Positions 12,600 to 63,182 of a stretch of DNA of 64,000 nt are shown piece by piece (position 1 is the stretch's first letter; every line of letters starts with the position of its first letter). The notes below the pieces were generated by a model. It worked only from the letters and a program-made list of their open reading frames with translations, had not been told where the DNA came from and ran no database searches. The stretch comes from Tubiluchus corallicola. Taxonomy: Eukaryota; Animalia; Priapulida. Made by a program: the position numbers and the translations under genes. The stretch is taken from the NCBI GenBank assembly GCA_030141605.1, contig JAQGDQ010000719.1, positions 1 to 64,000 on the forward strand, in the 5' to 3' direction.

Positions 12600-15027
12600 A
12601 GATAATGAAGAATAACGGCAGAGAAAGAATATCAGAGGGATATATTATAAAATGGGTTAATGTCGTACCAGAGCGGCTTTTCTTTCGAGTTTCTCTCTAT
12701 GCACACTTACAATAATATGGACTGTATACAATATATACATGGGTAAATAAAATTTGCGGATGAATATATATTATCATTAACGTATGTAGGGTTTTCAAAA
12801 CGATTTAATGTATATATTTTCAATCTTGATTTGAATTCGTAGAAAAACTTGATTTGTTTTAAATTTGATGGCAGGGCATTCCAGAGTTGAACTCCTTGTT
12901 TAGTGATAGAATTGTTGCCGTATTTCTTATTAGTGCGTGTTTGTTTAATAATGTGTGTTCTTGGGTTTAACGTTGGCTCCAAAAGGAGTGGAAGCTTATT
13001 TCTAATGAAGGGCGTGTTAATATTGTTGATGTATTTATATAAAAATAGGAATGTGTAGAAGTCTTTATGTGCTTGTAAAATTGGGATTTTAAACATTGTT
13101 CTTAATTCTGTTGCAGAGGTTTGATTTGTGATGAGAGACGTTTTATTTGAATAACCAGAGTCTAATCTTAAGGCATAATTTTGAAGACTATTTAGTTTGT
13201 TATAGCTGTCTCTTGAAAGTTGAAACTTCATGAAAAAGTGTGCATCCGTATAAAAAGTGCGGTAGAATGAGAGTTTTAAAAATTAATATCTTTGCCTGTT
13301 TAGTTAGTTGGTCTTTTACCTGCAGTAAGTAGGACGTTCATTTTATCGTAAATTTTATTAAAGTGGTTATCCCAAGAAAGTTTATTATCTACACAGATAT
13401 CAAGGAAACTTACATTGTTTTTCTGTTTTATTATGCTATTTTCAACTTTTATTGAAGTATTAGTTATATTGTCATTTGAGAAGGGAGAAAGAACCATAAA
13501 TCTGTTTTGGTGCTATTTAATTTAAGTTTTAAATGGGTAAATGCTATGTTAATGATTGCGATGTCTTGTTCTAAAAGTCGTTGAGCTGTTCTTAGATTGC
13601 TAGCTATTCTGAGATGGTATTTGTAGATATTTTAACTCTTTATTTTCTGTTTCTTAAGTAACTGTTAATGAGCTTTAATGAAGTTGCATTAAATCCTAAT
13701 GATTTTAAATTGTCTTTCAAAAGATTGTGGTCTAGGCTATCAAAGGCTTTAATTAAGTCTAGAAATACAGCTGCAACATATTTATTTTCATTTAAGTTTG
13801 GTCTCCAGTTTTCAGTTGTATGTACGATAGCATCAGTAGTAGAGTGTTTTCGTCTAAAACCAAATTGATGTTTACTAAGTATATTATTAGTAATTATATA
13901 TGAATTCATTTGTTCATATAGTACTTTTTCCAGAATTTTTCCAAAACAATGAACAACGCATATAGGCCGGTAATTAACAGGATCAGTTGATGAATCTTTT
14001 TTGTGGACTGGTGTTACATTGATTAGCTTGGAAATATTCTGGGGAATTCACTGCACATGATCATTTGGTTTGTAATGTAGGCAGCATGAGGTGCTATTAT
14101 TGGCGCCATCCTTTAATATCTTCATAGATATTTCGGATGGGCCACTACCTTTGTTCATGTCTCGTTTAACTAAGACTTTAAATATTTCATTTGTGGCATT
14201 GGTAGAAGACGAAAAAGTTGCGTTAGTATTTAATTTCATTTTTAATTTAGAAATTATGACATGCAGTTACTGTTATGAATAGCTGGCCAGCAGAAACTTC
14301 CCAAATTAATGAAAGTGGTATTAAGGGCATTTGCAATATCTTTAGTTTTCTTTAGTACCTTGTTGTGAATTTTAAGTTCCGTGAGTTTGCTTATTTTTAT
14401 ATCTGTTAATGGCATTATTAATTATTTCCCATTTATCTTTAGAAGAGGTTGCATTATTACACTGTTGCTGTATATATTTGTTTTTTAAAGATTTGTTTAG
14501 ATTATTATATGAATTTCTCGCTTTTTTATATTTATTATAATTATGTTTAGATTTGGTAGTTGTCCACAATTTATTTAAGTAATGTTTCGTTGTTCTTAGT
14601 GAATCCAGTTCTTGAGTAGTCCATGGACTTTTAGTATTTGGCTTACGTTCGGGTTGAGCAAAAGTTTTTATGCGTTTATAGGGGGGGGGGCGTGCAAATT
14701 AAGACAGTATTCAATATTATTTGTAATAAGTTCAACTACTTCGGCATCAACATTAGTGGTGTAATAGATTTCTTTCCAACCCATTTCGGCAAAATCGGCA
14801 AGAAAATATGTCTTATTGAATTGTTTGTAGTGAAAAATCGACGAGGGGGATTTTTGATCCGCTATAATAACAAAACTATGATCAGAATAATCACAAGGGC
14901 AGCTGTCGTGGGACACAAATTTTGTATTGTCATCTGAGATGAAGTGGTCAATTAATGTAGATGATGTTTTAGATATTCTTGTCGGTTTGTCATTTATTAC
15001 ATTTAGATAGAATTTATTTAATAGTGA
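12600..15027 (-). mobile_element. Decayed, 5'-truncated non-LTR retrotransposon ORF2 (CR1/L2/Crack/Daphne group; APE endonuclease plus RT)
   Basis: Minus-strand fragments in order: NDKPTRISKTSSTLIDHF and DYSDH (APE C-terminus), KGSGPSEI, PVNYRPI, KHQFGFRRKHSTTDA, VFLDLIKAFDSLDH, VDNKLSWDNH, and QGVQLWNALP...FKSRLK. There are many frameshifts. The left (3') boundary is approximate. Confidence 0.92.
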
Positions 15028-17699
15028 GTCAGAATACTGCCTGACAAAACGCGTACTGTGTTACTAAGAAGTCAGCGCGTGCAGAAATGGAGGAATGTGC
15101 GTGGTAAATGTAAAATAACATAACAATAAAATGCTTTACTACATACCGTAAATTAGTCCGGAGTGCGAAGCATTGGGTAACACGCTTGGGTACTGAGTGT
15201 CTCACTCGCGCTCGCATGCGCGTATGTTTTGCTTGCACGTATTTGCAAATGTACAAACTTTAGTAACACGCTATGTTTCGGATGATGCCTTTCCGTCAGT
15301 TTCTTAAAGTCATTCAACAAATTTTCAGCAATTGTGTTTTATTTGTGACCTCACAATATCAAAATTCCTCCCCACACCACATTACCCACATCATGCCACA
15401 AAACAAAAGCAACAATAAAAACATTTTGCAAAATGTTTAAAATGTGTGAAATGGCAAACGCTAATAAATTTCTTCTTTGACGATCCATAACAATAATGTG
15501 CGAACATTCTACATAGTTATTGCTTTCTGCTCCTGAAATTATAGTAATAATGCGCGAGCATTGTACATGGTTTTTGCTCGCTGTTTTTGACATGATAGTA
15601 ATAAGCTAGCTTACGGTTGTCATAGCCAAAATTTTTGTAAAATTGTTTGTCTCAAAATGAGTAAATGGCAGAGTTTTGTATTACATGAACGGAAACGAGA
15701 ACAAGACCGGCATCAGGGCGAAAAAGACGGCTTTATTAGAGTTACTTCGCAAGCGAGTAACTCTAAAATGGGCAATGTCGGACATTTGAAGTTAGTGTCG
15801 GACAGCTGACTGGGTAATGTCGGGCACTATGTAAAGCAAGTGAATGGTTTTTAAGTCATATACTGCTCACAGTTTTTTTTTTGTTTTGAGCATCCTCAAA
15901 GTTGATCAGTAGATTAATTAGAGACAAATTACATTTTGATTCGTGCCTTGAAGGCCAGGTATGGCGGCTCCTTACGGAAAGGCCTACCTAATGTCAATAG
16001 TTGTGGCTGGTCCAGAATCGAGCTAATTATCAAGGACAAGAATAATTTAGAAATAGTAAGTCCAACAAAGCAATAAACTTGGTAGATAATTTTTTGGATA
16101 GGGTTTTTAAACAGAGAGTGCCCTGTGTGACTGTACTAAAGCGGGATACCCTCTACTTGTAACTACTTTTGGGCAATATTTCTTTGCAGATGAAAAGCAA
16201 ATTCAAGTGTCTTTTGCGCAACGCATTTACTCAAGCAAAATGTCCTCTGGTAATTGCATTTCGCCCAGGTTTCAGATGTGATTTGTAAGTTCGAGTGTAG
16301 TAACTGCCGGGTTACTTGTTACGGCAAGACGAAACATTCTTTCCACACCAATTTTCAATAAATCTCTCATATTTTCCTTTCATTTTTGACCATAAATGGC
16401 TAGTAATTATGTTTACCTTTGGAACAACATCATACAAGCACAGTAGGTTCATGTAATTACAAAATTATACAAAAACATGAAGAACATAATAATAAAACAC
16501 ACGTAAAATATTAATAACATGACAATAGTGATAAAGCACAAATTAAATAAAAAGAAACGTCATGCTTCGATGTAAGCAAGCCCAATGAAACAGCACAAAC
16601 ATGCATATATTTAAAATAAAATTACAAATATATAGAGTACGTCCATGTATTAATATTTTCAACAAAATATATTCGTGTAAATATAATTATACATGTGTAA
16701 ATTATTTGTGGCGGTATGCCAAAATTGTTCAAAATTTTGAATCTCCCTATATATTTGTGATTATACTAACTTAAATCGTAAAACATCTAAATTAAATACC
16801 ACCTATATTTTTTTAGTTATTTTATATTTATTTCACCTCGCAGACGTTACGTGTCTTAAGCCATAAAAATACAATTGCTAATCAAACTAATTATAAAGAC
16901 CTAAATTTATTATTTACAAAAATTAAAAAGAGAAATTAGTTAAAAAAATATTTACATACATGACATATTAAAAGTGCATTAAAATTTCATTCCATTGGGC
17001 AAAAATTTTGGACCATATAGAAACACCACTATGGTAAATTACATATTTCAAGAAACCATTGTAAAGAGTTCAAAACACGACATCTAAGAATATAAGTACA
17101 TTTCTGCAAAATGACTTTAAAATCGTTAATATAATTTTCTATACAAATTATTTGCAAAATTTACCGTTGCAGTGTAGTACGCAGATTTCAGGCGTACTTA
17201 TATTAAAATTATACAAGTTATATTTATTGCGGATATTTCAATAGTAAAATGATGAACAAAATGACACGAATAACGTACGTTCTACATATATATGTCTAAT
17301 GTTGTTCCTCATTCGACAAATATATTTTACTGGCATTTAATTTGCATTTTACCAATAAATTAGCACACGATCAAACATCATCTGCGTGCACTGCTTTATT
17401 CTTGTCTCTGTCAATAATCGAGGAACAAAGAGTCCAGGTGAAATCTCAGAAAATTCGACGCACCATCTTGCATTATCAAAATCAGAGGGTCGGGCTACAT
17501 GCGCCCCAGGGGGAGGATTAGGTTCACATGATGGGCTATAATAATAGACGCGTGCCTCTGTTTGTATAATTGCCATTTGCCACACCTGGTTAGCGCTGTA
17601 TAACGGTACACTGCTGCTCCGCAAATAACGGTTCCCTTTACACCACTCGGAGGACAAAGGAGAACGGAGAGCGCGTGTCACGCTGGGTAAGAAGAACCG

Positions 17700-17870
17700 C
17701 TAAAAGTGATCAGGTTTGGGTTGATTAAAGGCCTATATTGTCAGCTCTTCTCTCAGCTAAAAGTGATCAGATTTGGAGAGCCTAAGGACTTATTGTCTCT
17801 GCTCTTCTCAGCACTAAAAGTGATCAGATTTGGAGAGATTAAGGACATATTTTCTGTTTTTCTGTCGTGA
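17700..17870 (+). repeat. Three 57-bp tandem repeats directly upstream of the CELF start codon
   Basis: CTAAAAGTGATCAG begins at 17700, 17757 and 17814, each followed by (A/G)TTTGG...AAGG...TATT...CT-rich sequence. Confidence 0.9.
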
Positions 17871-17872
17871 AT

Positions 17873-53692
<35,820 letters not shown>

Positions 53693-54639
53693 ACGTAGGT
53701 GTTACATTAAAGCTATAACTTGTATTTATCTAATAAAGTCCTACTGGCGTTAACAGTTTAAAGGTTCAAGGAAAATGTTTTTTAATATTGACTTACGGAA
53801 AAGCATCATTACTTGAGATAAATAAAGTCACAGCTCATTATTATTTATTTTTTACTTTGACTTAATGTTGATTGAGAGGTACTTTCATTTATTATTGTCA
53901 ATAATGAATTTCAAAAGTGTATTGCCTGTTAAAATTTTTTACCAGGGTTGCATTTATGACGTCGTCAATAGTTGAATGTTTTTTTGAAACTGTATAAATG
54001 CCATGACAGAAGTTTGTTTTGATTAACATATGTAATGATTTGGTCATAATGTTATCCTTTCCCAAATTTTACTTAAGCAATAAACTATGGGTGCGGGTTA
54101 TTGGCATCCTTTTCATAAATTGATGTATTTATTATAATTTACGTTGACTGGGAAATTTGCTCTGCATTTTTATTTGATTAGCGATGCACATTACATGAGA
54201 AAAAATTGACATTATTGGTTAAATGACATTATATTAAGCAGATAGTTAAGTTTCCGAGGCAAAATTTAAGTATTATTATAATGATAATTTTCTTAATAAT
54301 TATTATAGGTTGTTTTGTATCATACGTGTAAAAAAAGTTGAGGTTTTAACATCTTAACTTAAGCTTAAGGTTTTAACTTAAGCCCTGTTAATTTTATGAA
54401 TTCTTAGGGACATTTAGGCGAATTTCGGCATACCTTTGACTGCGCCTTTTATAAAAGTCACTTGTTTTCACAGAACAAAGATTTTGCATATTGTACTGTA
54501 AGTTTCGGGAAGCAAACATTGGTAACCTAATAGGTGTTCTCTTTTGAGCTCGTCTTTGAAAACACATCACAAAAACTAGTTAATAATTACTTATAGTATA
54601 GAAAGCAGCTGGTTAAAATAAATTTCTTAATATTTTCAG

Positions 54640-57600
54640 ATTGGCTTAACCTCCAGCGCAGGGCACATTATTACAATGATTATTATTTATTCCTTATAAT
54701 TATATAAATAATAGATACAAATCATACAACCAATTACCTAGTTAATGAACACATCAATTTTGCTCACCAATACTGTGCAAAACACATTGCTGTATTACTT
54801 CACATTACCTCAATTGTAACATGTTGTTTTTTATTTTCTATGTAGCCACCAGTGATGAATCTTATTGATTTCTTACGAATAGATGGCGGCACTAGTCACA
54901 CGCATGAGACGCAATATGATCATCGACAGATAGCAGTCATTGCACCACTAGCCACAGTTACAAACCGCAACTCACTCACCTCATGTTTTATGAACTAATT
55001 ACAACGGTAACTAACTGTTATAAGTTGGATAAATTTATGATGATAGACCTAATTTGTTTTTAATAGGACTTTTACAAACAAGACTCTGCAGTGACTAAGA
55101 AACTGTCTGTCAACCATTTTTTTATTTTGAAGTCTTTTCGTCATTTTTGTCATTTACCTTTGTGCTAAAATGAACTGTAGTGATAAGAGTCTGTGCCACC
55201 ATTTGCTATGGGTGCAAAAAGGTCGTGTGTGCCCCAGTAGGTTTGAAAAGTTTTTTTTACCGAAAATAGAATGTCTGCGCTTGACCACACAGAATGCACC
55301 CGTCCTAATTTCTAAATTTTTCTTAACATTTTGTTTAGTTGAGAATACCATTTGGATGTAATAAGTTTCCGTGGTTTCATGTTTATTACTGTCGTGATTA
55401 GCAAGTGTTCTCGATTGTTGTTCGTATTTTGTACAGTACATTGTTGTACATTCGTATAAATGTACAGTACAGTGTTGTAATTTTGTACAAACTGTACATG
55501 TATTGTTCAGGTAATCCAGCCCTCTTATCAGTACAGTTCAGACAATTAAATTTTTATACATTGAATGAGTCACAAAAAGCAAAGAAAACGTTTTACTTAA
55601 ATCTAAATATTTAGATACTAAGCGATATTTTCAGTAATATGTTATAAAACTATGGTAGTATTACTGTAGCTTGTATGATTTTCTACTATTTATATACCGT
55701 ATCGTAGTTCTTTCGTAAGCTTGTGCCATTTGAACATTACTGCCTCATACTATTACTACTTAATCACTGGTACCTGTTTTCTGCGATAAAACTATTTTAT
55801 TTTTGTTTTCGTAACAACTTCAGGTACACTGAGACAATGGACAAACGTTTTTGTGCATGCTTATTTTTGCGTTCCTGAACTTGTTACGAAATATTTGATT
55901 AATATTTGATCAGTTTGGTTAATACATTCTATCTATTACGTTATTAAAAATTTTATTGATTTTATGTATGATTAAAAATTGTTGATACTGACATTATTGC
56001 TACCAACAATACGTTACACCAGTTGATGATTGCTTGTTTCGTCATTCACCACGTTTGTTAAGTTAAAAATAATTGATTTAAGATGCTCCCTGTTATCTAT
56101 GGTAACTGTTAAATTTTTCATACGTTTGAGCTGAATTCTCTAATTTAATTTGTTAGTTAAATGAATGATGGGAATGAGCGATTGAATCAATTATTGGATA
56201 TGATGCGCTGTTCTGATTGTAACGTTGTAACTTGTAATGTAAATAAGCACCTATGGCTAACCATTCCATCCCACGTCCATTCCGTTTCATACAGGGTTTT
56301 CAGCGTATTTTATTTTGGTATATCTTCATGACACAGTCACAGAAGGTGGCTGTTTCACTTTCACTTTATCACTCTCTTTCACGTTAGTTTGAAATTAATT
56401 GCATTAATTTGAGCGAGCAGTTGTGTGCACTCTTTACCAATTTTTCTCTGTAATTGTTCTAAGCGATGATCATTATTTTTTTTCACAGTCGACATTGTGT
56501 CTTTGATTAATGTGATAAAGGTAAATGTTTCAATTGGAAAGTCAGAGTGATAACTTTAGTACATATATTTCTTGCCATTCAAAATGTGTATTAATGGACC
56601 TTTACATCCATTATCAGTTGCCATTTTAACTTTGATTGCCATTTCATTTCATTTTATTCCTTGCCCATGTGTTGGATTGTTTCTGGGCGTGAATAAACAG
56701 AACCCATCTATGTTTTTTTGTTATTGACGTCACTCCGGTAATTTATTGTTGCAGATTTGTTATTAAATTATTATTAACTTATTATAATTACAGCCATTTT
56801 GTGTACAGGTAAACAATGAGGGTGGTGTTTGTTTAACTGTGTAATCTCGATGTAAAAAAATAAGATTGCAAGAAAGTTTACTAGAATTTGTCATTATACT
56901 TACGATGTATTTGATGTCTATTCACATTGCAGCGGGTCACTGATGAGAACTAATTAACTAGCCTGTTTACTTCATTTATTTAAAGCGATGTTTAAAATAT
57001 CCGGAACTACAAAAATAGATTTAAACTAGTTTGTATCTAATTTAAAACTGACTTAAATACTATATTCTTACTGTTTTTACAGTAGAAAACAATAATAGTA
57101 GTACATACCAGCTGGCACTGTTTACTTGCGTAAACAATGCCAATTTTGACATCTCAGTAGTTTCGTGCTGCGATCGTCAAGGTTCGATTTTAGGCACCCT
57201 GCTATTTCTGACTTACACAAGTCACCTGGTGATTTGACTTGATTTTTGGATGTTGGAAGACCAGTTCTAAAACAATTTTATTTGTAAATTAGTTTTAAAT
57301 GAACACAGGTTAATCGTTACAGTGCGAATAGTAGAAATGCGTTCAGTGTAAAAAGGCTACTTGTCGTAATGTTGCATTCATTGATACTGTGTGTAAATAA
57401 TAATGTTAAAACACAGATTCATGATATTAAACTCTTATCAACTAGTCACAAGATCACGTGATCATGTGTGTTTGTGTGAATTTGTACAGACTTAAATTAT
57501 TTTCAAGCTGATGACCGTTGTGCTTAGTTTAGCTTCATGCAGTAGTAGTGCTACTATTGAGCTTGGTGTTCATGAAAATCTAGTTTGTGTAAGTTTGTCT

Positions 57601-59700
57601 AACTATAATTGGCAGTGTGTTGTGTTTGACTCGCAACCATTTTGTAAACCGTAAATGCCAAAGAGGAACTAGTATTTGTCAGAGAATGAGGACACCTCTA
57701 TTTTCATAAATTTATTTATTAATATTGAGACCTATTAATATTAATTTCCTAATGATATATATTATATATAATTATTATTATTATCATTACTATTATTATT
57801 ATTATTGTTTCTCGTATATATTTTATTCAAGGAAGACTGTTTTTAAGCAGCTTCTTTGAAGATCACAAATTTTAGCAATTTTAGAATAGCATAGCTAGTT
57901 TCTGCACATCTTGCACCACACGCCTTATTGACGATGCGCTTGTTTGCCATTTGCTTAAAGAGCAAAACTTTGTAAATAACTTATAGTTTGTATAGAAAAG
58001 AAGCTTCATTTCTGTGTAGCACGCTTTGCCTTGGCACCATCCAAAGCTATGTTGACTTTGATTTGACATGATGGGCTTGTACATTTGGAGATCTGGTACA
58101 CAGAATTGACAGCTGCTTCAAAAACTACGAAAAAATTTAGAAGTTCTAGCGAGTAGTTTCAGTAGACTATTATTATACATTTATTATTATGAAAATTGTG
58201 GATAGTGTTTTGAAAAAAATATTTGAGCTCTAGATGAACATCAATAGTTGAAGCTGGTAATACATGTATAAGGCATGCACAAACTTATATATATATATAT
58301 AATGTACAAATCATTGTACCGAATGTATAAGCAATATAAAAAAGACGTTTGGGTTATTTATAAATAGAATATGCGAAAACAAGCTGTTAATTACACCTTA
58401 CGTCACACATGATAATGTGCTGTTAGAAAACTGCTTGCTTCTTATCTAATCTTGTAAAATTGAACACCTAAATTTTACATGATGTATAAGTAAGAAGTAG
58501 AAACTGACGATAACCATTTTATAGATTTGAGAGATTGGAGACTAAATGAAGACGTGAACGTTTTATGTTTTTAACTGTAACATTATTTCTGCAAAGCTCC
58601 ATCTGAGGCAGCAATGTTTCATTGTTAATTATCGAAGTGTTTTAATTAAAGAGCACCTTGTTAACTTATAACAGACGTTCGTCTAGAGCTACTAGAGCCT
58701 GCACTGCTATTAATACGCACTTATAGCTTTGGTACTTTAATGGCGTAACAGCACTGTCATGCTGTTTAACCTACATATCAGAATATCAGGGCTTTCAAGT
58801 TCAGATTTTATTTTAGTTATGTGTAAAATTTATCTTTTGGCTTCTGTGTTCGTCGTATACTTGATGGATTTCAATGTCGTAACTTTTGCGTATATCATAG
58901 TTCTGCCAACTTCATTTGCTCATGCGAGTCTGCATTCTGTAATGTTATGTTATAGAGCTCTTCGTTTTAGTAGCCCAATATCTATTTTGTAATAATGCTG
59001 TAATTACACGAAGTTTTAAGGGAGTGTTGTGCGTGTTTAGTAATTTGTTGTTGGAGGCATTTGTAAATACTCGGTGTTTACTATTCGGTGTCCGTGTGGC
59101 TTTGTTTATATCACAAGAGATTCCAAAGTAAGAATCGTGTACTTCATGCATTGAACTTTATACATTACTTCTTTTAAATAATAAGCATTGTTTTTTCTGC
59201 CTCTTGTCAGTTATTCACCTTTCAAGACGATAAAAATGTGAGGTTATTTTGCATGTGAGTGAAGCAGTCCAAATGCAGTGAAAAATGTTAAACTACTTCG
59301 TAATTTTGTAATCACCATCGCTTCAAATTTTCGTAGTATACATCCCAATTTTACTACTCCTACTATTCTATTAAGTAGAATACTATTCTATTATACAATT
59401 CTGTTATGCAGTGAAATGGCATTTTACTCATTTTAGATGACTCAGCAGCGGTACAATTATGCTTCCCTGAAGGGCACCTGCAACATAGTTTTCAAATCAC
59501 AAACCAAACATGACTTCTAATTACTTTTGGCACATAAATCTTAAAAAATAACATCTTTTGAATTTGTTTATAGCAGTTAATAATTGTTTGTTCACTATAA
59601 CTGTTTGATTAAACCTGCATTCAACTAAGTATTTTTATTATTTCGACATTTTATAATAACTAGATGCCAGTAACTCTTGCTAAAAGACAGAACCCTACTT
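54640..59700 (+). other. Putative long 3' UTR exon of the CELF gene (boundaries inferred)
   Basis: Acceptor TTTCTTAATATTTTCAG at 54639. The following ~5 kb has no recognisable TE, is U/UG-rich on the + strand, and carries four TGTAAATA motifs and an AATAAA at 56692. Confidence 0.4.
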
Positions 59701-59736
59701 ATCTAATCGCGTGACAAAGTAAATATTACAACAATC

Positions 59737-60030
59737 AGGACAGCCAGGATAATTTTCATGTGCCGGAACAAGACAAATTTTGGGCCCCTTATTCGCCTGT
59801 ACAAAGTCATGAAGTCTAAAAAATACAATACAGTAATTTAAGTTCAATAGTCTATATTTCTTAATAACTGAAACATGTTTTATTCACAGTGAACCATAAT
59901 ACGTCCCAGTTTATTTTCCGCTAAATAAAGGGACTTTTCTGGCTTTTTTGACATACGAAATTTAATGTTTATGATTTCATGGGCCCCAGAGAAATGTACC
60001 GGCTACACTCCCCTCTCCTTGGGCACGACA
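59737..60030. mobile_element. Decayed hAT-like MITE
   Basis: GC-rich ends CAGGACAGCC...AAATTTTGGGCCCC and GGGCCCC...TGTACCGGCT...CCCCTCTC around an AT-rich interior. No clean TSD is visible. Confidence 0.4.
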
Positions 60031-62089
60031 ACAATATCAATTTCAACTTTTGTACTTTCAACTTTCATCTATTTTAGTACCTTTTCATTGTCAGTAACTA
60101 AATTTTTACGTTTGTTTTATACATTTGGGCTACAAGTGACAGTATAAGCAAGTGTTGTAATGGCCGTTTAGAAATCACTTTCTAAAAAAACAACTTTGCG
60201 TGTATTATTTGCGGATTTATGCAGTGCAGGCTCTACATGATTATATAATTTATATAGAAATATATATTATGTATACACATATAGCTTATTATAGTTATAG
60301 CGTATGAAATGTATCATATTCAACAGTATTTATAGTACATTATAGTAATCTTTCATAGATAAAAGTTAATATTTCATAATAATATATATAACATAGTTGC
60401 TGATATATTTAAGAAAATTGAGTTTATAAGCTGATGACTACTTATAAGATCAACTTTCGAGTTGAAATAAACATTTACACAAAAACTTCTCGTTTTCGTT
60501 TGTTTATTGTTTATATGCTTCTTTTCTTTATACCAATCACCCAAAACAGGCCAATGGCCGTCAGGGTAAGTTGAAAATCTATCTACAGATAAGAAGTCTA
60601 TAGAAAAAACTGGATTTATAAACAAGTTACTGCTCTGCACCTAGGAATATCCATGTTAAAACTATGTCAAGAAGCAGCAAAATGGGCATTACGTAAATAA
60701 ACTGTTAGTATTTAAGAATCAATAACAATGATTTCTAAGGACATCGTCTATAGAACAGCGATAAAAGAAAACTCGTATTTTTTTCCTAGTTAGAAATGCT
60801 ATGGAGATGTCACAAAGAATTCTTAGTGACTTAGTGTACATGCGCGAATTCATACTTACTTATCAATGTTAATTATCCCACTAAAATTTAAAGGAAACGT
60901 CAAGCCATTTCAGTAATTAGGTTTATTTCAATGTTCGCGACAAACGTTAGAAGAATTTGATAATAAAAATATGACAGCAGCCTAGTGTATTTATTAAAAT
61001 CATTTTGAAATTCCGATTATTTCATGCTTGGGCCCTCCCAGTTTGAACGCCCATTCTTCTAATAAAATAAAGTCTAAAATAAAATAAAGAAAAGCAGGCA
61101 CTGTCAATTTCTGTCAAAACTGTAATAAGTTTTTGCACAACATATTAGATAATTAATTTTGTGCAATTTTTGCTAGAACAATAGGTAAGCTGCAGAAGTC
61201 TGAATTAGTTTAAGTTGAGCGCGATTGTGAAAGGTCACGAAATTCACCAGTTACGTCATAATCTTAAAGTGAATGGCGGCTATCATCGCGACCTTACAAA
61301 GGTTCTTTAAGTCTATACAAAGGTAATATTTAACTTTATGCTTTATAGACGGTTTTTGCCAATTTCGTTGCTATATTTTCCATGGTCAGACAGTAAAACA
61401 GATCCAACATGCTAAGTGACTTGTCATTTTCCTTTAAAACTAAACCAAACAAATTTCTCCTGTTGTTAGTTGCTGAGGCTGAAATATAAGCACACGCAAA
61501 ACAAGAGTTAAAGAAAAGGAACAGGCCGGGATACTTGCCGCTATACTATCAAGGATTTGGTGACGAAATGCACGTTGAGTAGATCTTGACGTTTAGTATA
61601 CAGTCAATGTTAAAATTAATAACTACAACGCTACTCAGATATGGTACTTATATACGCATTACAAAATTTAAGTTGTAATGTCAGCAATTGGAATTTATGA
61701 TTGCTAGTCTAAAAAATACCACAATGAAAAAAAGAAAAAACATATTTCGTGAACCCATGCTGATGTCTAGCTTTAGGTTAAACGACGAAAAAATAAGAAA
61801 ACACACATCAATACTAGAAGCGATTTATGATTATTAAACTTACGAATATTGAAAGTGTGATTGAATGATATTCAAAAGGAATTTTTAAATTCCACTCCAT
61901 ATGAATCGACAGGAATCATATTGGCAGTCCGTATGAATCGACTAGAGGATTTTGGTACTCTCTGTCGACTCCATTTCCCGTCTTTTGCTCAATGTTAGCT
62001 GTTTTGCCAAAGTTCAATATGCGCTTGCGAAGTTAACACAGAAAAGTTTGAATTCTACATGCGGTTGTTGTAGCAAAAACAGCCAAACG

Positions 62090-62345
62090 CCAAACAGCAA
62101 CCACCACCACCAACAACAACAACAACAATGATAACAGCAGCAGCAGCAGCAGCAGCAACAACAACAACAACAACAACAGGAACAACAACAACAAGCAACA
62201 GCAACAACAACATACACAACGATGACGATGATGGTGACAACGACAGCGACAATAACAACAACAGTAATGACAGCAGCATTAATCAGGACGGGGCTGATGA
62301 CAACGGCGTAATTATGGCAACCTTTGCATCTAGCAACAGCAGAAA
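62090..62345. repeat. Mixed (CAA/CAG/GAC)n trinucleotide low-complexity tract
   Basis: Triplet runs that account for the spurious ORFs here. Confidence 0.92.
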
Positions 62346-63182
62346 TTTGTTTGAGAGCCTCAACGAGTAGTACTAGCGTTACGCTGTGTGTGTCATCTCG
62401 CATGAAGCCACTCTACAACATGCGCATGTGCATTGGCCAACCAAAGAAGCTTTTCTATAGCTCATCCAAAAACGTGAACATATTGTTCAAGTATTAGAGC
62501 GAGCAGTGTTAGGTTACGACGTAGGACAAGTAAATGACACAGTGAAGATGAAACAAAGCAGAAAAAGGCGTGTTTTTTCATAAATAAGTTGAAATGGGTT
62601 GCACTTCTTTTACGCCATTGTTTTTGTTAGTAACGTTATACCCAGCTGGTAAGTTGATTGTTTCCGTATATGTAACTTCTTAGTTATTGTTTTTAGCATC
62701 ATGAAAAACGCGGTAAATAAGATTAAAACACAATGCGCAAAAGCCGCGAAAAAATATTCTCAAATTGTAAATTGTCGCCGTGCAGATTATGTAGTGAGTG
62801 ATTAACAAGTCTGACGAAAATGTAAAATTGATCAAAAGCCGATAAAACGAATCAACAGAAGATTTCTTCTGAAAATTTCGAATCGGAAACGTGAAATCAC
62901 TATTCCAGTCTAGAAAAAAGAAAGTCTGTATTTCAAGAACTGTTCAAATTACCACAAACTAGTCAAACTTTAATTATTTTTTCTTTCGCGGTTTTAACAT
63001 TATTTTGTAGATCATAAATTTTAGGCTGTAGTTGAAAAATATGCTCTCATCAACATTATTACGCTTAATTGATCTATTTACTTAAGGAGACCTGACTGCC
63101 GTCTTAAACAAATCTTCAGACGAAAAATATCAACGGTTACTTTAAAATTCTATTCAGTTGATGTTAGCCTGATATAGCGAGA

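Noticed and set aside
60374-60640. 88-aa minus-strand ORF as an exon of a convergent gene
   Set aside because: No recognisable domain or partner exons, and the splice-like signals on the two strands conflict.
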